From contig JAFTFX010000006.1 in the NCBI GenBank assembly GCA_017458225.1, forward strand, positions 76,103 to 140,102: a stretch of 64,000 nt of DNA, given 5' to 3'. Made by a program: the position numbers and the translations under genes. Of the stretch, positions 1 to 9,559 are shown piece after piece (the first letter of the stretch is position 1; every line of letters starts with the position of its first letter). Under the pieces are notes generated by a model that did no database searches, was not told the origin of the DNA, and saw only the letters and a program-made list of their open reading frames with translations. Source of the stretch: Prevotella sp. (GTDB lineage: Bacteria; Bacteroidota; Bacteroidia; Bacteroidales; Bacteroidaceae).

Positions 1-456
1 CAGTTCATGGAGATCAAAACGAAAAACAACCACGGGCGCACAAAGAAAAAACGCATCGAGGTTCACGACATGGACCTTGCCGACGATGAGAAGCGTCTCT
101 TCATAGGCGATCACCTACACTTCAGCGTTGATGACCTGATTCCACACATGCACAACTATTTCCATCGCATCACCCTCGTGAATCACGCCAAGACCGAGCG
201 ACTGACTATCGACACTGCCTTGGAATTCAACAACCTGCAGACCGATACCCAGAAACGCATGGGTGACTTGGTAATCATCGAACTAAAACGCGATGGACTG
301 GTCTACTCGCCCGTACTTGAAATGCTGCGACAGTTGCGCATACATCCCCACGGTTTCAGCAAATACTGTATGGGAGCGGCTATGACAAACAATGGGCTAC
401 ACGTCAACCGCTTCAAGACAAAACTGCGCGATATTGAAAAGATATTAGGAAAATAA
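1..456 (+). CDS. VTC-domain (polyphosphate polymerase/CYTH-like) protein, 5'-truncated by the window edge
   Basis: Frame is open from base 1. Motifs EIKTK..GRTKKKR, RITLVN..KTERLTID, IIELK and FSKYC are typical of bacterial VTC-domain proteins, and a DUF4956-like gene follows. Confidence 0.8.
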   Translation, partial: QFMEIKTKNNHGRTKKKRIEVHDMDLADDEKRLFIGDHLHFSVDDLIPHMHNYFHRITLVNHAKTERLTIDTALEFNNLQTDTQKRMGDLVIIELKRDGLVYSPVLEMLRQLRIHPHGFSKYCMGAAMTNNGLHVNRFKTKLRDIEKILGK

Positions 457-476
457 AAGAATAAAAAACAAACGCT

Positions 477-1115
477 ATGGAAGCTCTTTTTTCAACTGAA
501 TTCAGCGCCACGCTGCTGAGATTCATCACTTGCATCGTTATCAACTGGGGAATCATCCACTTCCTCTACTACCGTAAGAGTCATCGCAATGATTTCTACT
601 TCACGTTTATGCTCATGACCGTAGCCATCTTCTTCCTTGTCTACTTCATGATGGGCATGGATCGCGGCAAGGCTACTATGGGCGTAGGCCTGGGTCTGTT
701 CGGTATCTTCTCCATTATGCGCTATCGTACCGATGCGATGCCCGTCAGAGAGATGACCTATTTGTTCCTCATCGTCTGCCTGTCAGTGGTTCACGCTATG
801 GCCGAGAGCTATGGTGAACTGATTGTTGTCGACGTACTCACAGTGTCAGCCATCATTGTTTGCGAACTACGTTTCAAAGTTCACGCCACTAAGCTCATAC
901 AGTATGACCGCGTGGAGCTTATTAAGCCTGAAAAACGTGAAGAATTGATTGCTGATTTGGAGAGCCGCACAGGATTAAAAATACTGAAAATCGACGTAGG
1001 CGGCATTGACTTTCTGAAGGATTCGGTGGTGCTGCGCGTAACTTACGACAACGATCAGACAAACGAAGTGGACAACCAATTCAAAGTAAGGAAATCGCAA
1101 TGGAGAGAAATATGA
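477..1115 (+). CDS. DUF4956-family membrane protein
   Basis: Several TM helices and the signature GVGLGLFGIFSIMRYRT..REMTYLF; the usual partner of bacterial VTC genes. Confidence 0.85.
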   Translation: MEALFSTEFSATLLRFITCIVINWGIIHFLYYRKSHRNDFYFTFMLMTVAIFFLVYFMMGMDRGKATMGVGLGLFGIFSIMRYRTDAMPVREMTYLFLIVCLSVVHAMAESYGELIVVDVLTVSAIIVCELRFKVHATKLIQYDRVELIKPEKREELIADLESRTGLKILKIDVGGIDFLKDSVVLRVTYDNDQTNEVDNQFKVRKSQWREI

Positions 1116-1915
1116 GTCACGCCGGAAACTGGAGAAAATGCTTGATGATAGCGGCCTTGTGCCTGCCATCACCCCTATTCATTTCTCAAGTTTCCATCAG
1201 TCAGGCACAAGAGAACGACTTCGGCATGTGGTACGAGCTGGGAGCCGAAAAGAAACTCTCGCAAAAATGGAACGTAGCAGGCGAAGCCGAACTGCGCACC
1301 CGCAACAATGCCCGCACGCTTGACAGATGGAGTGCCGGCGTGAGTGCAGAATACAAGATTGCCAAGTGGCAGCTGGGGGCCAGCAAACTCTCGCTGAAAG
1401 CCTCTGGCGGCTACACGCTGCTCTACGACAACAACCAAGAGGAACTGTCGCTGAAGAAAGACGGTGTAACGGCCAATAAATGGACGCCATCCTACTGGGC
1501 AGCGCGCCACCGCTTCAACATCAGCCTTGGCGGAACGCTCGACTGGCACCGACTCTCCATCGGGCTGCGCGAGCGCTGGCAGTACACCTACCGCCCCGAG
1601 GCCGAAGGCAAGAAGTACGACATTGACAACGACGAATGGGATTCTGTGAAAGGAAAAGGCAAGAATGTGCTGCGCAGCCGCCTGCAGGCCTCCTACGATT
1701 TTCCGCACTGGAAGCTGGACCCCACGGCCAGCGTCGAGATGTTCACGGCCAAAGGCGGCACGCAGAAAATGCGCTACCAGCTGGGCTTCGACTACAAGCT
1801 GCAGAAGCAGCACGTCTTCTCGCTGACCTACCGCTACCAGAACGTGTTCGACGACGATGACGACCAGGAAGTCAACAGCCACCTCATCGGTTTAAGCTAC
1901 AAGTATAAATTCTAA
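1112..1915 (+). CDS. DUF2490-like outer-membrane beta-barrel protein
   Basis: Signal peptide, alternating amphipathic beta-strands and C-terminal LSYKYKF beta-signal. The ATG at 1112 overlaps the upstream stop (ATGA). Confidence 0.75.
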   Translation: MSHAGNWRKCLMIAALCLPSPLFISQVSISQAQENDFGMWYELGAEKKLSQKWNVAGEAELRTRNNARTLDRWSAGVSAEYKIAKWQLGASKLSLKASGGYTLLYDNNQEELSLKKDGVTANKWTPSYWAARHRFNISLGGTLDWHRLSIGLRERWQYTYRPEAEGKKYDIDNDEWDSVKGKGKNVLRSRLQASYDFPHWKLDPTASVEMFTAKGGTQKMRYQLGFDYKLQKQHVFSLTYRYQNVFDDDDDQEVNSHLIGLSYKYKF

Positions 1916-1934
1916 GCCCGCCCTTATTACAGGT

Positions 1935-3071
1935 ATGAACATTTCATCACGCATAACCATCATCATCATGTTGCTCTGCACGCTGTTTGCATCGTGCGAG
2001 AACGACGACCAATATGAACTGAGCGACTTCGTAGGCAACGATACCATCAGCATTGCGTTCCAAGGCAGCACGGCAACCGTAGGCACGGTTCCGGGGTTCG
2101 TCAGCGTCGAAGCCAGCGGGGCTCACGTCACCATTCATTCCAACACCAGCAAGTTCCTGGTAGTGCAGCTGAGCGGCGCTACCACCAATGGCTCGCTGCT
2201 CGTCTACAGCCAGAAGAAGCTGGGCATCGTGCTCAATGGGGTAAGCATACAGAACCCGCAGGGGCCTGCCATCAACAACCAGTGCGGCAAGTCGCTCTAC
2301 GTAACGCTGGCAGCAGGAACCACCAGCACGCTGACCGATGGAGCCACCTATGCCGACGCACCCACCAATACACTGGGCGAGACCATCGACCAGAAGGGTG
2401 TTCTCTTCAGCGAGGGCCAGATTTACTTCCGTGGCACAGGCTCGCTGAGCGTGAACGGCCATGCCAAAAACGGCATTGCCAGCGACGACTACCTTACCTT
2501 TGAGCATGCTGGCCAGATCACGGTCGACGTCGACTCTGCCGGCAGCAACGGCCTGAAGGCCAACGACGGGGTGTTCATCAGCAGTGGAGCCCTCAGCGTG
2601 AGCGTTGCCGCAGACGGTGCACGCGGCATCAAGAACGATGCACGCATGGAGATGAGCGGCGGCAACGTAAGCATCACCACTACCGGCGACTGCAAGGTAG
2701 AGACCGTAGACGGCGTACAGGACACCACCTCGTGTGCTGCCATCAAGTGCGACAGCCTCTTCACGCTGTCTGGCGGCACCCTGACGCTGCTCAGCAAAGG
2801 CGACGGCGGCAAGGGCATCAACTGCTCGCAGAACTTCGAGCAGACGGGCGGCACGCTCAGCGTTACCACCACGGGCAGCAACAAGAATGCCAAGCCCAAG
2901 GGCGTGAAGAGCGATACCGGCGTCATCGTGAGCGGCGGCACGTTTGAGTCGACCGTCAACAAAAGCAAGGCATGCGACAATGCCGGCCAGAACTGGCCCA
3001 CCGTTATTGGTACGCCCAGCAAGACCAACGAAGACGACGGCGACAGCAAACACGTATATATTACGTTCTAA
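1935..3071 (+). CDS. Lipoprotein with a Cthe_2159/DUF4353-like beta-helix carbohydrate-binding domain
   Basis: Lipobox LFASC; motifs LNGVSIQNPQGPAIN, KGVLFSEG and repeated G(I/L)K...SGG beta-helix rungs. Confidence 0.8.
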   Translation: MNISSRITIIIMLLCTLFASCENDDQYELSDFVGNDTISIAFQGSTATVGTVPGFVSVEASGAHVTIHSNTSKFLVVQLSGATTNGSLLVYSQKKLGIVLNGVSIQNPQGPAINNQCGKSLYVTLAAGTTSTLTDGATYADAPTNTLGETIDQKGVLFSEGQIYFRGTGSLSVNGHAKNGIASDDYLTFEHAGQITVDVDSAGSNGLKANDGVFISSGALSVSVAADGARGIKNDARMEMSGGNVSITTTGDCKVETVDGVQDTTSCAAIKCDSLFTLSGGTLTLLSKGDGGKGINCSQNFEQTGGTLSVTTTGSNKNAKPKGVKSDTGVIVSGGTFESTVNKSKACDNAGQNWPTVIGTPSKTNEDDGDSKHVYITF

Positions 3072-3944
3072 TCATTCATCGTCGTCATCGCGATAGGCTT
3101 CAACGCCTATAGGTTCGCGACTGCCAATGGTGAGCTGTCGCAGATCGTAGTATGAGCCATTGTAGATGTTAAGGTCTACATAGCCCTTGATGCCCGGCAG
3201 TCGGCCAACGTCGGTGTGCTGCCAGAATTTCCAGGGTCCCTTGTATTCCACGCTATCCACATAATAATGTGCAATCCAGTAGGGATAGTCGTTGAACGCT
3301 TCGTCATCAAGATAGCGCATCTTGAACTTATAATAGGTGTAGATAATCGGCTTCACATTGTAGTGTTGCTCAACCATGCGAAGCCACGTCAGCACACTCA
3401 TCTTGAATTCATCGTCTGACTGGTTCCTCGGCTTATGCTCCACATCAAGCACTGGCGGAAGATCTCCTTTCAGCAGTTTGACATTGTGCATGAAAAAACG
3501 AGCTTGCTGATCGGCTGGAGAGTGAACACTATAAAAGTGATAAGCACCTCGCGTAAATCCATACTCTAACGACTGTTCAAAATTATCCTCGAAGTTCGGG
3601 TCTATACGGTTGGAACCCTCCGTTGCCTTGATCATTACAAAACGAATAGGGCACTTGTCAATCATACCCTGATTGCGCAGTACCTCCCAGTCTATCGTTC
3701 CCTGATAGTGCGATATGTCAATGCCGTGAATCTCGTAGCCATCAGGACTGCTCAGGTCGCCATAGAGTGCACGCCAGCGAAACCCAAAGGGAGAGACAAA
3801 GAAGTAATAGAAAAACCACACATAAGCTGCTATCACCAGCAAACCACCAAACCAGTATGACCATCGAGGCATTCTGCGTAGAATCCTGATGATCATACCG
3901 GGTCGTTTGTGCCTAACAGACTTGGTGCGCCTCACCTTAGGCAT
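3072..3944 (-). CDS. Glycoside hydrolase family 25 (lysozyme/muramidase), membrane-anchored
   Basis: GIDISHYQG, MIKATEG, GAYHF, PPVLDVE and WQHT motifs; N-terminal TM helix. Start taken at ATG 3944. Confidence 0.92.
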   Translation of the reverse strand: MPKVRRTKSVRHKRPGMIIRILRRMPRWSYWFGGLLVIAAYVWFFYYFFVSPFGFRWRALYGDLSSPDGYEIHGIDISHYQGTIDWEVLRNQGMIDKCPIRFVMIKATEGSNRIDPNFEDNFEQSLEYGFTRGAYHFYSVHSPADQQARFFMHNVKLLKGDLPPVLDVEHKPRNQSDDEFKMSVLTWLRMVEQHYNVKPIIYTYYKFKMRYLDDEAFNDYPYWIAHYYVDSVEYKGPWKFWQHTDVGRLPGIKGYVDLNIYNGSYYDLRQLTIGSREPIGVEAYRDDDDE

Positions 3945-3948
3945 ATTT

Positions 3949-5586
3949 TTATTTGTTCTGCTCAAGAGCTAAAGTCTTCGTGGGCTGGTCGCATACTTCA
4001 GTAGGTCCCCAGTACTGGATAGGACCAGGATAGACGTATGCTGTTTCGCGAGCCCATACGTCGCGCTGGGCAGCAAAACACTTGAAAGGTGCACCGTCAA
4101 GTTCAACGAGAGCCTTGCGGATCACTGGCTTCATCTCGCCGTTGCGGCGTTCCATATTCATCATCATCGTGATGGGCACTCCACCAGCCTTCCATTCTGC
4201 AGCAGGAGCCGTGGTGTTCTTCACGATGGCCATATAACCCGTCTTACCAGCAGCGATGAGCTGAGCAGCACTGGCACCCAGTGCATAGCAGTAGTCTGCA
4301 TCGAAGTTTGAAGGAGCAGCACAGCGGCCCTCGTAGCCGAAGAAGTGGTGCTGAGTGGCGAACTTACCCTTGAAGGTACCCTCCTTCTTCATTTTCTCCA
4401 GTTTCTGAGCAACCATTGTGGAAAGCAGTTTCTCGGTCTCGATAAGTGACACCTGTACGTTTCCGTGAGGATCGCGGTCAAGGGCCAGCTGACGGGCAAC
4501 GCCCACGGGCAGCGAGTTGAACACAGCCAGGTTCTCCTCCGTCAGATGACTTTTGGCGAAGTCCACCTGCTCGTCGCGGCTAATGTCCTTAGCCTCGGGC
4601 AGAGCCAGCACATCGTTCAGCTGTGCAATAAGTTTCTTGATAGCAGGGATGAACTCGATGACACCCTCAGGAATGATAACCGTACCGAAGTTGTTGCCGT
4701 CAGCAGCACGCTGGGCAACAGCCTTAGCGATATAGTCTACAATGTCATTTAGACTCATGCCCTTCTGCTCAATCTCCTCCGAAATCAGGCAGATATTAGG
4801 CTGTGTCTGCAGGGCGCACTCCAAAGCGATGTGGCTAGCCGAACGACCCATCACCTTAATAAAGTGCCAGTACTTACGGGCTGAGTTACAGTCACGCTCA
4901 ATATTACCTATCAGTTCCGAGTAGGTCTTACAAGCGGTGTCGAAACCAAACGAGGTCTCAATCTGCGAGTTCTTCAAGTCGCCATCAATGGTCTTCGGAC
5001 AGCCGATGACCTGCACACCATATTTCTTGGCAGCATAGTATTCGGCCAACACACAGGCATTCGTATTCGAGTCGTCACCACCGATGATTACGATAGCCTT
5101 GATGCCCAACTCGCGAATAATCTCAAGACCTTTCTCAAACTGCTCCTCTTTTTCCAGTTTCGTGCGGCCTGAGCCAATCATATCGAAGCCGCCCGTGTTG
5201 CGATACTCGTCAATGATGTCTTTCGTCAGTTCCATGTAATTGTGGTCCACCAGACCGCCAGGCCCCAGAATAAAGCCAAACAGACGGTTCTCGGGATTCA
5301 GCTTCTTCACCATGTCGAAGAGGCCCGTAATCACATTGTGACCGCCGGGAGCCTGACCGCCCGAAAGAATGATACCAACGTTCATCGGCTCATGCTTTGT
5401 CTCCTCACCAGGAACAAACTCTACGAGCGGCATGCCGTAAGTATTGGGGAAGAGAGCTTTGATCTCCTCCTGATTATCAACACTCTGTGTAGGAGCACCT
5501 TCCTGCACCTTCACTGCGCCCTGCAAGCCACGTGGCAGCTTGGGCTGATAGGCGGCTCTTGCCACCTGCAATGCACTTTTCTGCAT
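3949..5586 (-). CDS. pfp: Pyrophosphate-dependent phosphofructokinase
   Basis: [17 protein letters not shown] (PPi-type Asp), PKTIDGD and MGRSASH motifs. Confidence 0.95.
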   Translation of the reverse strand: MQKSALQVARAAYQPKLPRGLQGAVKVQEGAPTQSVDNQEEIKALFPNTYGMPLVEFVPGEETKHEPMNVGIILSGGQAPGGHNVITGLFDMVKKLNPENRLFGFILGPGGLVDHNYMELTKDIIDEYRNTGGFDMIGSGRTKLEKEEQFEKGLEIIRELGIKAIVIIGGDDSNTNACVLAEYYAAKKYGVQVIGCPKTIDGDLKNSQIETSFGFDTACKTYSELIGNIERDCNSARKYWHFIKVMGRSASHIALECALQTQPNICLISEEIEQKGMSLNDIVDYIAKAVAQRAADGNNFGTVIIPEGVIEFIPAIKKLIAQLNDVLALPEAKDISRDEQVDFAKSHLTEENLAVFNSLPVGVARQLALDRDPHGNVQVSLIETEKLLSTMVAQKLEKMKKEGTFKGKFATQHHFFGYEGRCAAPSNFDADYCYALGASAAQLIAAGKTGYMAIVKNTTAPAAEWKAGGVPITMMMNMERRNGEMKPVIRKALVELDGAPFKCFAAQRDVWARETAYVYPGPIQYWGPTEVCDQPTKTLALEQNK

Positions 5587-5635
5587 AAATACTTCTTTTT
5601 TATAATGAAATAATAATGAATAATCGTTTGGGACG

Positions 5636-5643
5636 CAAAGTTA
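5636..5643 (-). promoter_or_regulatory. Bacteroidetes -7 promoter element for pfp
   Basis: TAACTTTG on the minus strand matches TAnnTTTG, about 50 bp upstream of the start. Confidence 0.6.
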
Positions 5644-5717
5644 CTTATTTATATTGAAAAAAGAATAGAATTAAGTTTTTTTTTGAATATTGTTCATGTC
5701 ATATCGAATATTTTACC

Positions 5718-5725
5718 TAACTTTG
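5718..5725 (+). promoter_or_regulatory. Bacteroidetes -7 promoter element for the operon starting at 5756
   Basis: TAACTTTG 30 bp upstream of ATG 5756. Confidence 0.6.
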
Positions 5726-5755
5726 GCAATTGAACATTAAAATCTTTCATGACTT

Positions 5756-6025
5756 ATGGCAAATAAACGTTCACTTAAACATGCAATCAACCTCGTGTGC
5801 GAGGAGTTGCTGGCAGAATGCATAGCCGCATCGCTCTATGGAGCAGAGACAAATGACGACAATGCCGAGGCCTTGCTCTATTCCATCATCAAGATGCAAT
5901 CTGATTTCATCTGCCGGGTGTCTCATCCAGAACCAGGCATCACAGCAAAGGCATACTACAAAGACCTGCGCACTAAGTTTACTGCACAGGTCAGTGAGGT
6001 CGTCGACCAAATCAACAACCTATAA
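5756..6025 (+). CDS. Small hypothetical protein
   Basis: Clean 89-aa helical ORF directly behind a promoter, first gene of an operon. Confidence 0.7.
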   Translation: MANKRSLKHAINLVCEELLAECIAASLYGAETNDDNAEALLYSIIKMQSDFICRVSHPEPGITAKAYYKDLRTKFTAQVSEVVDQINNL

Positions 6026-6036
6026 CCAACATCGTC

Positions 6037-6591
6037 ATGTGGAAAAAATTCTGTAATTGGCTGTTATACAAACGAATGGGATGGAAATCCGTAGTAACGG
6101 AAGAACATCCCGACAAGTTCATTATCTGCTTGGCTCCTCATACTAGCAACTACGACTTTTTTATTGGCCAGCTCTACAATGGAGCAGTTGGTCTGCACTC
6201 TAATTTCTTGATGAAAAAAGAGTGGTTCTTCTGGCCGTTAGGCCCTATCTTCCGCAGCATAGGCGGCATACCAGTCTATCGACAGAAGCATACACGTATG
6301 ACCGATGCAATGGCCGAGACCGCACGACAGGCGAAGACGTTCCACCTCTGTATAACGCCTGAGGGCACGCGCTCGCGCGTTGACGAATGGAAGAAAGGCT
6401 TCTACTTCATTGCCCAGGGAGCGCAGATTCCCATTCTGCTCTATGGTGTCGACTACGAACGTAAGCTCATCCAGTGCACCAAAACCATCATCCCTACTGG
6501 CGACATTGAGAAAGACATGCGGGAGATTAAGTTGTATTTCAAGGACTTCAAAGGCAAGCACCCTGAGAATTTCAGCATCGGGGAGGTTTAA
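6037..6591 (+). CDS. PlsC-family acyltransferase
   Basis: HTSNYD (HxxxxD), ITPEGTR and KKGFY motifs. Confidence 0.88.
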   Translation: MWKKFCNWLLYKRMGWKSVVTEEHPDKFIICLAPHTSNYDFFIGQLYNGAVGLHSNFLMKKEWFFWPLGPIFRSIGGIPVYRQKHTRMTDAMAETARQAKTFHLCITPEGTRSRVDEWKKGFYFIAQGAQIPILLYGVDYERKLIQCTKTIIPTGDIEKDMREIKLYFKDFKGKHPENFSIGEV

Positions 6592-6592
6592 G

Positions 6593-9166
6593 ATGAAACG
6601 CTACGCACTGCTATTTTCGGTCATCATTGCCTTTTCGATTGCGACCTTTGCCCAGCCCGATGATTGGAAGGGATTGGAGTATAAAGGGGAACCATGGGTC
6701 AGAAATGCATCACGTCCTTATGACATCTCTGAAGGTCTCGAAGGCCGTCATCTATCCTTGTGGGCTTCTCACGGGCGTTTCTACGACGTTGCCCGTCAGA
6801 AATGGCGCTGGCAACGGCCGCCGCTCTACACCACCTGTGAGGATCTCTTCACACAGACCATCGTGGTGCCCTACCTTATCCCCATGCTTGAGAATGCCGG
6901 AGCCATCGTTTTCACACCTCGCGAGCGCGACTGGCAGCGAAATGAGGTCATTGTCGACAATGACACATCGCCCCTGAAGAATTACAGCGAGCAGAGCCGT
7001 TCCAAGGATTGGCAGGATGCCCCTGCAAGAGGGTTCACCTTCAAAGGCGGAAATTTGCAGGATGGTGAGAATCCTTTCGAGGCAGGAACAGCTCGCACCA
7101 CTAAAACTACCAAGTCGCAAAGCCGACAAAGTTTTGTCATCTATCGCCCCGATATTCCTGAGACAGGCCGTTATGCCGTCTATGTCAGCTATCAGACTCT
7201 TCCCAACAGCATTAGCGATGCCCACTACACCGTCTACCATCAAGGCCAAAAGACCGATTTTCTGGTCAACCAGCAAATGGGTGGCTCAACATGGGTCTAT
7301 CTGGGCACCTTTCCTTTCGATGCCGGCAACAGTGCCGACAACTGTGTCATTCTCTCCAACCTAAGCAGCCAAAACGGAACCGTTTCAGCCGATGCCGTTC
7401 GCTTTGGCGGAGGCATGGGCAACATAGAGCGTGAAGGAACTGTTAGCCAACTGCCTCGCTGTCTGGAAGGTGCTCGCTACTGGGCACAGTGGGCAGGCAT
7501 GCCCTACAATGTATACTCTCCCAGAGGTGGCGAGAACGACTATGCCGATGATATCAATGTACGCTCGCTGATGACTAACGAACTCTGTGGCGGTTCTGTC
7601 TATGCCCCTGATTCTGCCGGTCGTGGCGTTCCCATTGAACTGTCGCTGGCTGTTCATAGCGATGCAGGCTACAACAAACCCTACGGTGAAGGCATCTACG
7701 GTTCGCTCACCATCTGCACCACCATGCATGGCGACTCGCTACTGGCTGCTGGGCGCACACGACAGATGTCGAAAGAACTGGCTTCCGAACTGCTCGACAA
7801 CACTGTCATTGACCTACAGCGCAAATATGGCCGGTGGACCATTCGCGAGGTCTACGACCGCAACTATTCTGAGACACGACTGCCTATTGTTCCCTCGGCC
7901 ATCCTCGAGACGCTATCGCACCAGAACTTTCTGGACATGCGCTATGCCCTCGATCCCAACTTCCGCTTCACGTTGGCTCGTTCCATCTACAAGACCCTTT
8001 TGCGCTATGTGGCCCGTAAACATAACACAGAATACACAGTAACACCGCTCGCACCTCACAACTTTCGTATTGAATTCACAGGCAAGGAGAAAGGCGAGGT
8101 ACGCATCTGCTGGTCGCCAACGTCCGATCCTTATGAGCCCAGTTCAGCACCCACGGCCTATCTGTTACAGATTGCTGAAGGAGATCAGGACTTCGACAAC
8201 GGTATGATTGTTCACGGAACGGCCGTCACCACACGCTTGCGCCGCGATGCTCTTGTCCATTTCCGCGTGACAGCTGTCAACGATGGCGGCATCAGTTTCC
8301 CCTCATCAGTACTCTCAGCTTGCTACCGTTCGCAAAAAAGTCCCACCGTCATCGTTGTCGATGGTTTCCGTCGTCTATCCTCTCCGGCAGTGAAGGCAAA
8401 TGGCTTTGATCTGAACGAGGATGCTGGTGTATCTTTCGGACGTACCTGCGGCACTCTGGGCCATCAGAAAGGCTTTGACATCAGCCGCATTGGCATTGAG
8501 GATTCCACCGGTCTGGGCTATACCGTCAACGACCTCGAAGGCCGCTTCATCGCCGGCAATGATTTCAACTATGTACGTACACATGCATCAGCCATCTACG
8601 AAGCTGGCAAATACAACATCGTCAGCTGCAGCTCTGAAGTGCTGCCAACTGTTGCGCTCTATCAGTACGATTTGGTCGACATGTTCACCGGCTTGGAAAA
8701 GAACGACGGCCATAGTTTGCTGCCCTACAAGGCCTTCCCACAACCCGTCAGCAGTGCCCTTAGCCAGTATGTTGCCCAAGGCGGCCGACTATTGGTTAGC
8801 GGAGCCTATTTGGGCAGCGACATGAACAGTGCTGATGAGCAACTGTTCCTGAAAAATGTGCTCAAAATCCAGCAACAAGGGGTCTATCACGGCAGCAGCG
8901 AAACAATTAGCGGCTTGGGCACCACCTTCGACATTTACCACCAACTCAACGAACACCACTATGCCGCTACCCACTGCGACGTGCTCATGCCTTCTGAGAA
9001 TGGAGCTTTCAGCGCCATGCTGTATGCCGACGGAACAAGTGCTGCCACAGCCTATAAGGGTAGTGACTGTCGTCTCTTCGTCATGGGCTTCCCCTTTGAA
9101 TGCATCAAGGGCAGTCAGCGACAAAAGTCACTGATGAAAGGCATCCTCAATTTCCTGCTGAAATAA
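6593..9166 (+). CDS. Exported multidomain protein with a split amidase_3-like domain, golvesin/xanthan-lyase-like module and FN3
   Basis: Signal peptide from ATG 6593; SHG...CEDL, AVHSDAG and ILETLSH amidase-like motifs; VNQQMGGSTWVYLGTF...ADAVRF module; FRVTAVNDGG FN3 motif. Confidence 0.7.
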   Translation: MKRYALLFSVIIAFSIATFAQPDDWKGLEYKGEPWVRNASRPYDISEGLEGRHLSLWASHGRFYDVARQKWRWQRPPLYTTCEDLFTQTIVVPYLIPMLENAGAIVFTPRERDWQRNEVIVDNDTSPLKNYSEQSRSKDWQDAPARGFTFKGGNLQDGENPFEAGTARTTKTTKSQSRQSFVIYRPDIPETGRYAVYVSYQTLPNSISDAHYTVYHQGQKTDFLVNQQMGGSTWVYLGTFPFDAGNSADNCVILSNLSSQNGTVSADAVRFGGGMGNIEREGTVSQLPRCLEGARYWAQWAGMPYNVYSPRGGENDYADDINVRSLMTNELCGGSVYAPDSAGRGVPIELSLAVHSDAGYNKPYGEGIYGSLTICTTMHGDSLLAAGRTRQMSKELASELLDNTVIDLQRKYGRWTIREVYDRNYSETRLPIVPSAILETLSHQNFLDMRYALDPNFRFTLARSIYKTLLRYVARKHNTEYTVTPLAPHNFRIEFTGKEKGEVRICWSPTSDPYEPSSAPTAYLLQIAEGDQDFDNGMIVHGTAVTTRLRRDALVHFRVTAVNDGGISFPSSVLSACYRSQKSPTVIVVDGFRRLSSPAVKANGFDLNEDAGVSFGRTCGTLGHQKGFDISRIGIEDSTGLGYTVNDLEGRFIAGNDFNYVRTHASAIYEAGKYNIVSCSSEVLPTVALYQYDLVDMFTGLEKNDGHSLLPYKAFPQPVSSALSQYVAQGGRLLVSGAYLGSDMNSADEQLFLKNVLKIQQQGVYHGSSETISGLGTTFDIYHQLNEHHYAATHCDVLMPSENGAFSAMLYADGTSAATAYKGSDCRLFVMGFPFECIKGSQRQKSLMKGILNFLLK

Positions 9167-9217
9167 CAATTTCTTTTTGCATATCACAAACAGAATCATT
9201 TAGAAAACAAATATAGT

Positions 9218-9556
9218 ATGACAACAAAAATTCAAACCAATGCCTCGGGAACCAGAAATATCGAAGTAAGCGAGCGCCACTTGCAGACCATCGACCGCTA
9301 TCAACTGTTCCGCGACTTGATCGACTCGAACGGCATCGTCGACGAACCTGTTCTCGACAAACTGAAACTGAACATCCGCGCCTTGCTGGAGGCTTCTGTC
9401 GAACAGAACAAAGACCTACTCGACCTATGCCTCGATGTCATCTACCACCAAAACATGAAAGCCTACGGACTGCAGCAACTTGTACTGCTCTACATTAACT
9501 GGAAGGACTTGGCCGCTGGAGAGCAGGCAGAGGAACAAGCAGCTGAAGAAGCATAA
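9218..9556 (+). CDS. Hypothetical protein
   Basis: 112-aa ORF with host-like codon usage, ending 3 bp before ygiQ. Confidence 0.7.
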   Translation: MTTKIQTNASGTRNIEVSERHLQTIDRYQLFRDLIDSNGIVDEPVLDKLKLNIRALLEASVEQNKDLLDLCLDVIYHQNMKAYGLQQLVLLYINWKDLAAGEQAEEQAAEEA

Positions 9557-9559
9557 TCC

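Noticed and set aside
1175-3053. Long antisense ORFs (also 39610-40710, 44004-45221 and 52663-53847)
   Set aside because: These are mirror frames of genes with strong codon bias and show no recognisable motifs.
6380-6592. 928-aa version of the exported protein
   Set aside because: It overlaps the acyltransferase, and the signal peptide begins at ATG 6593.
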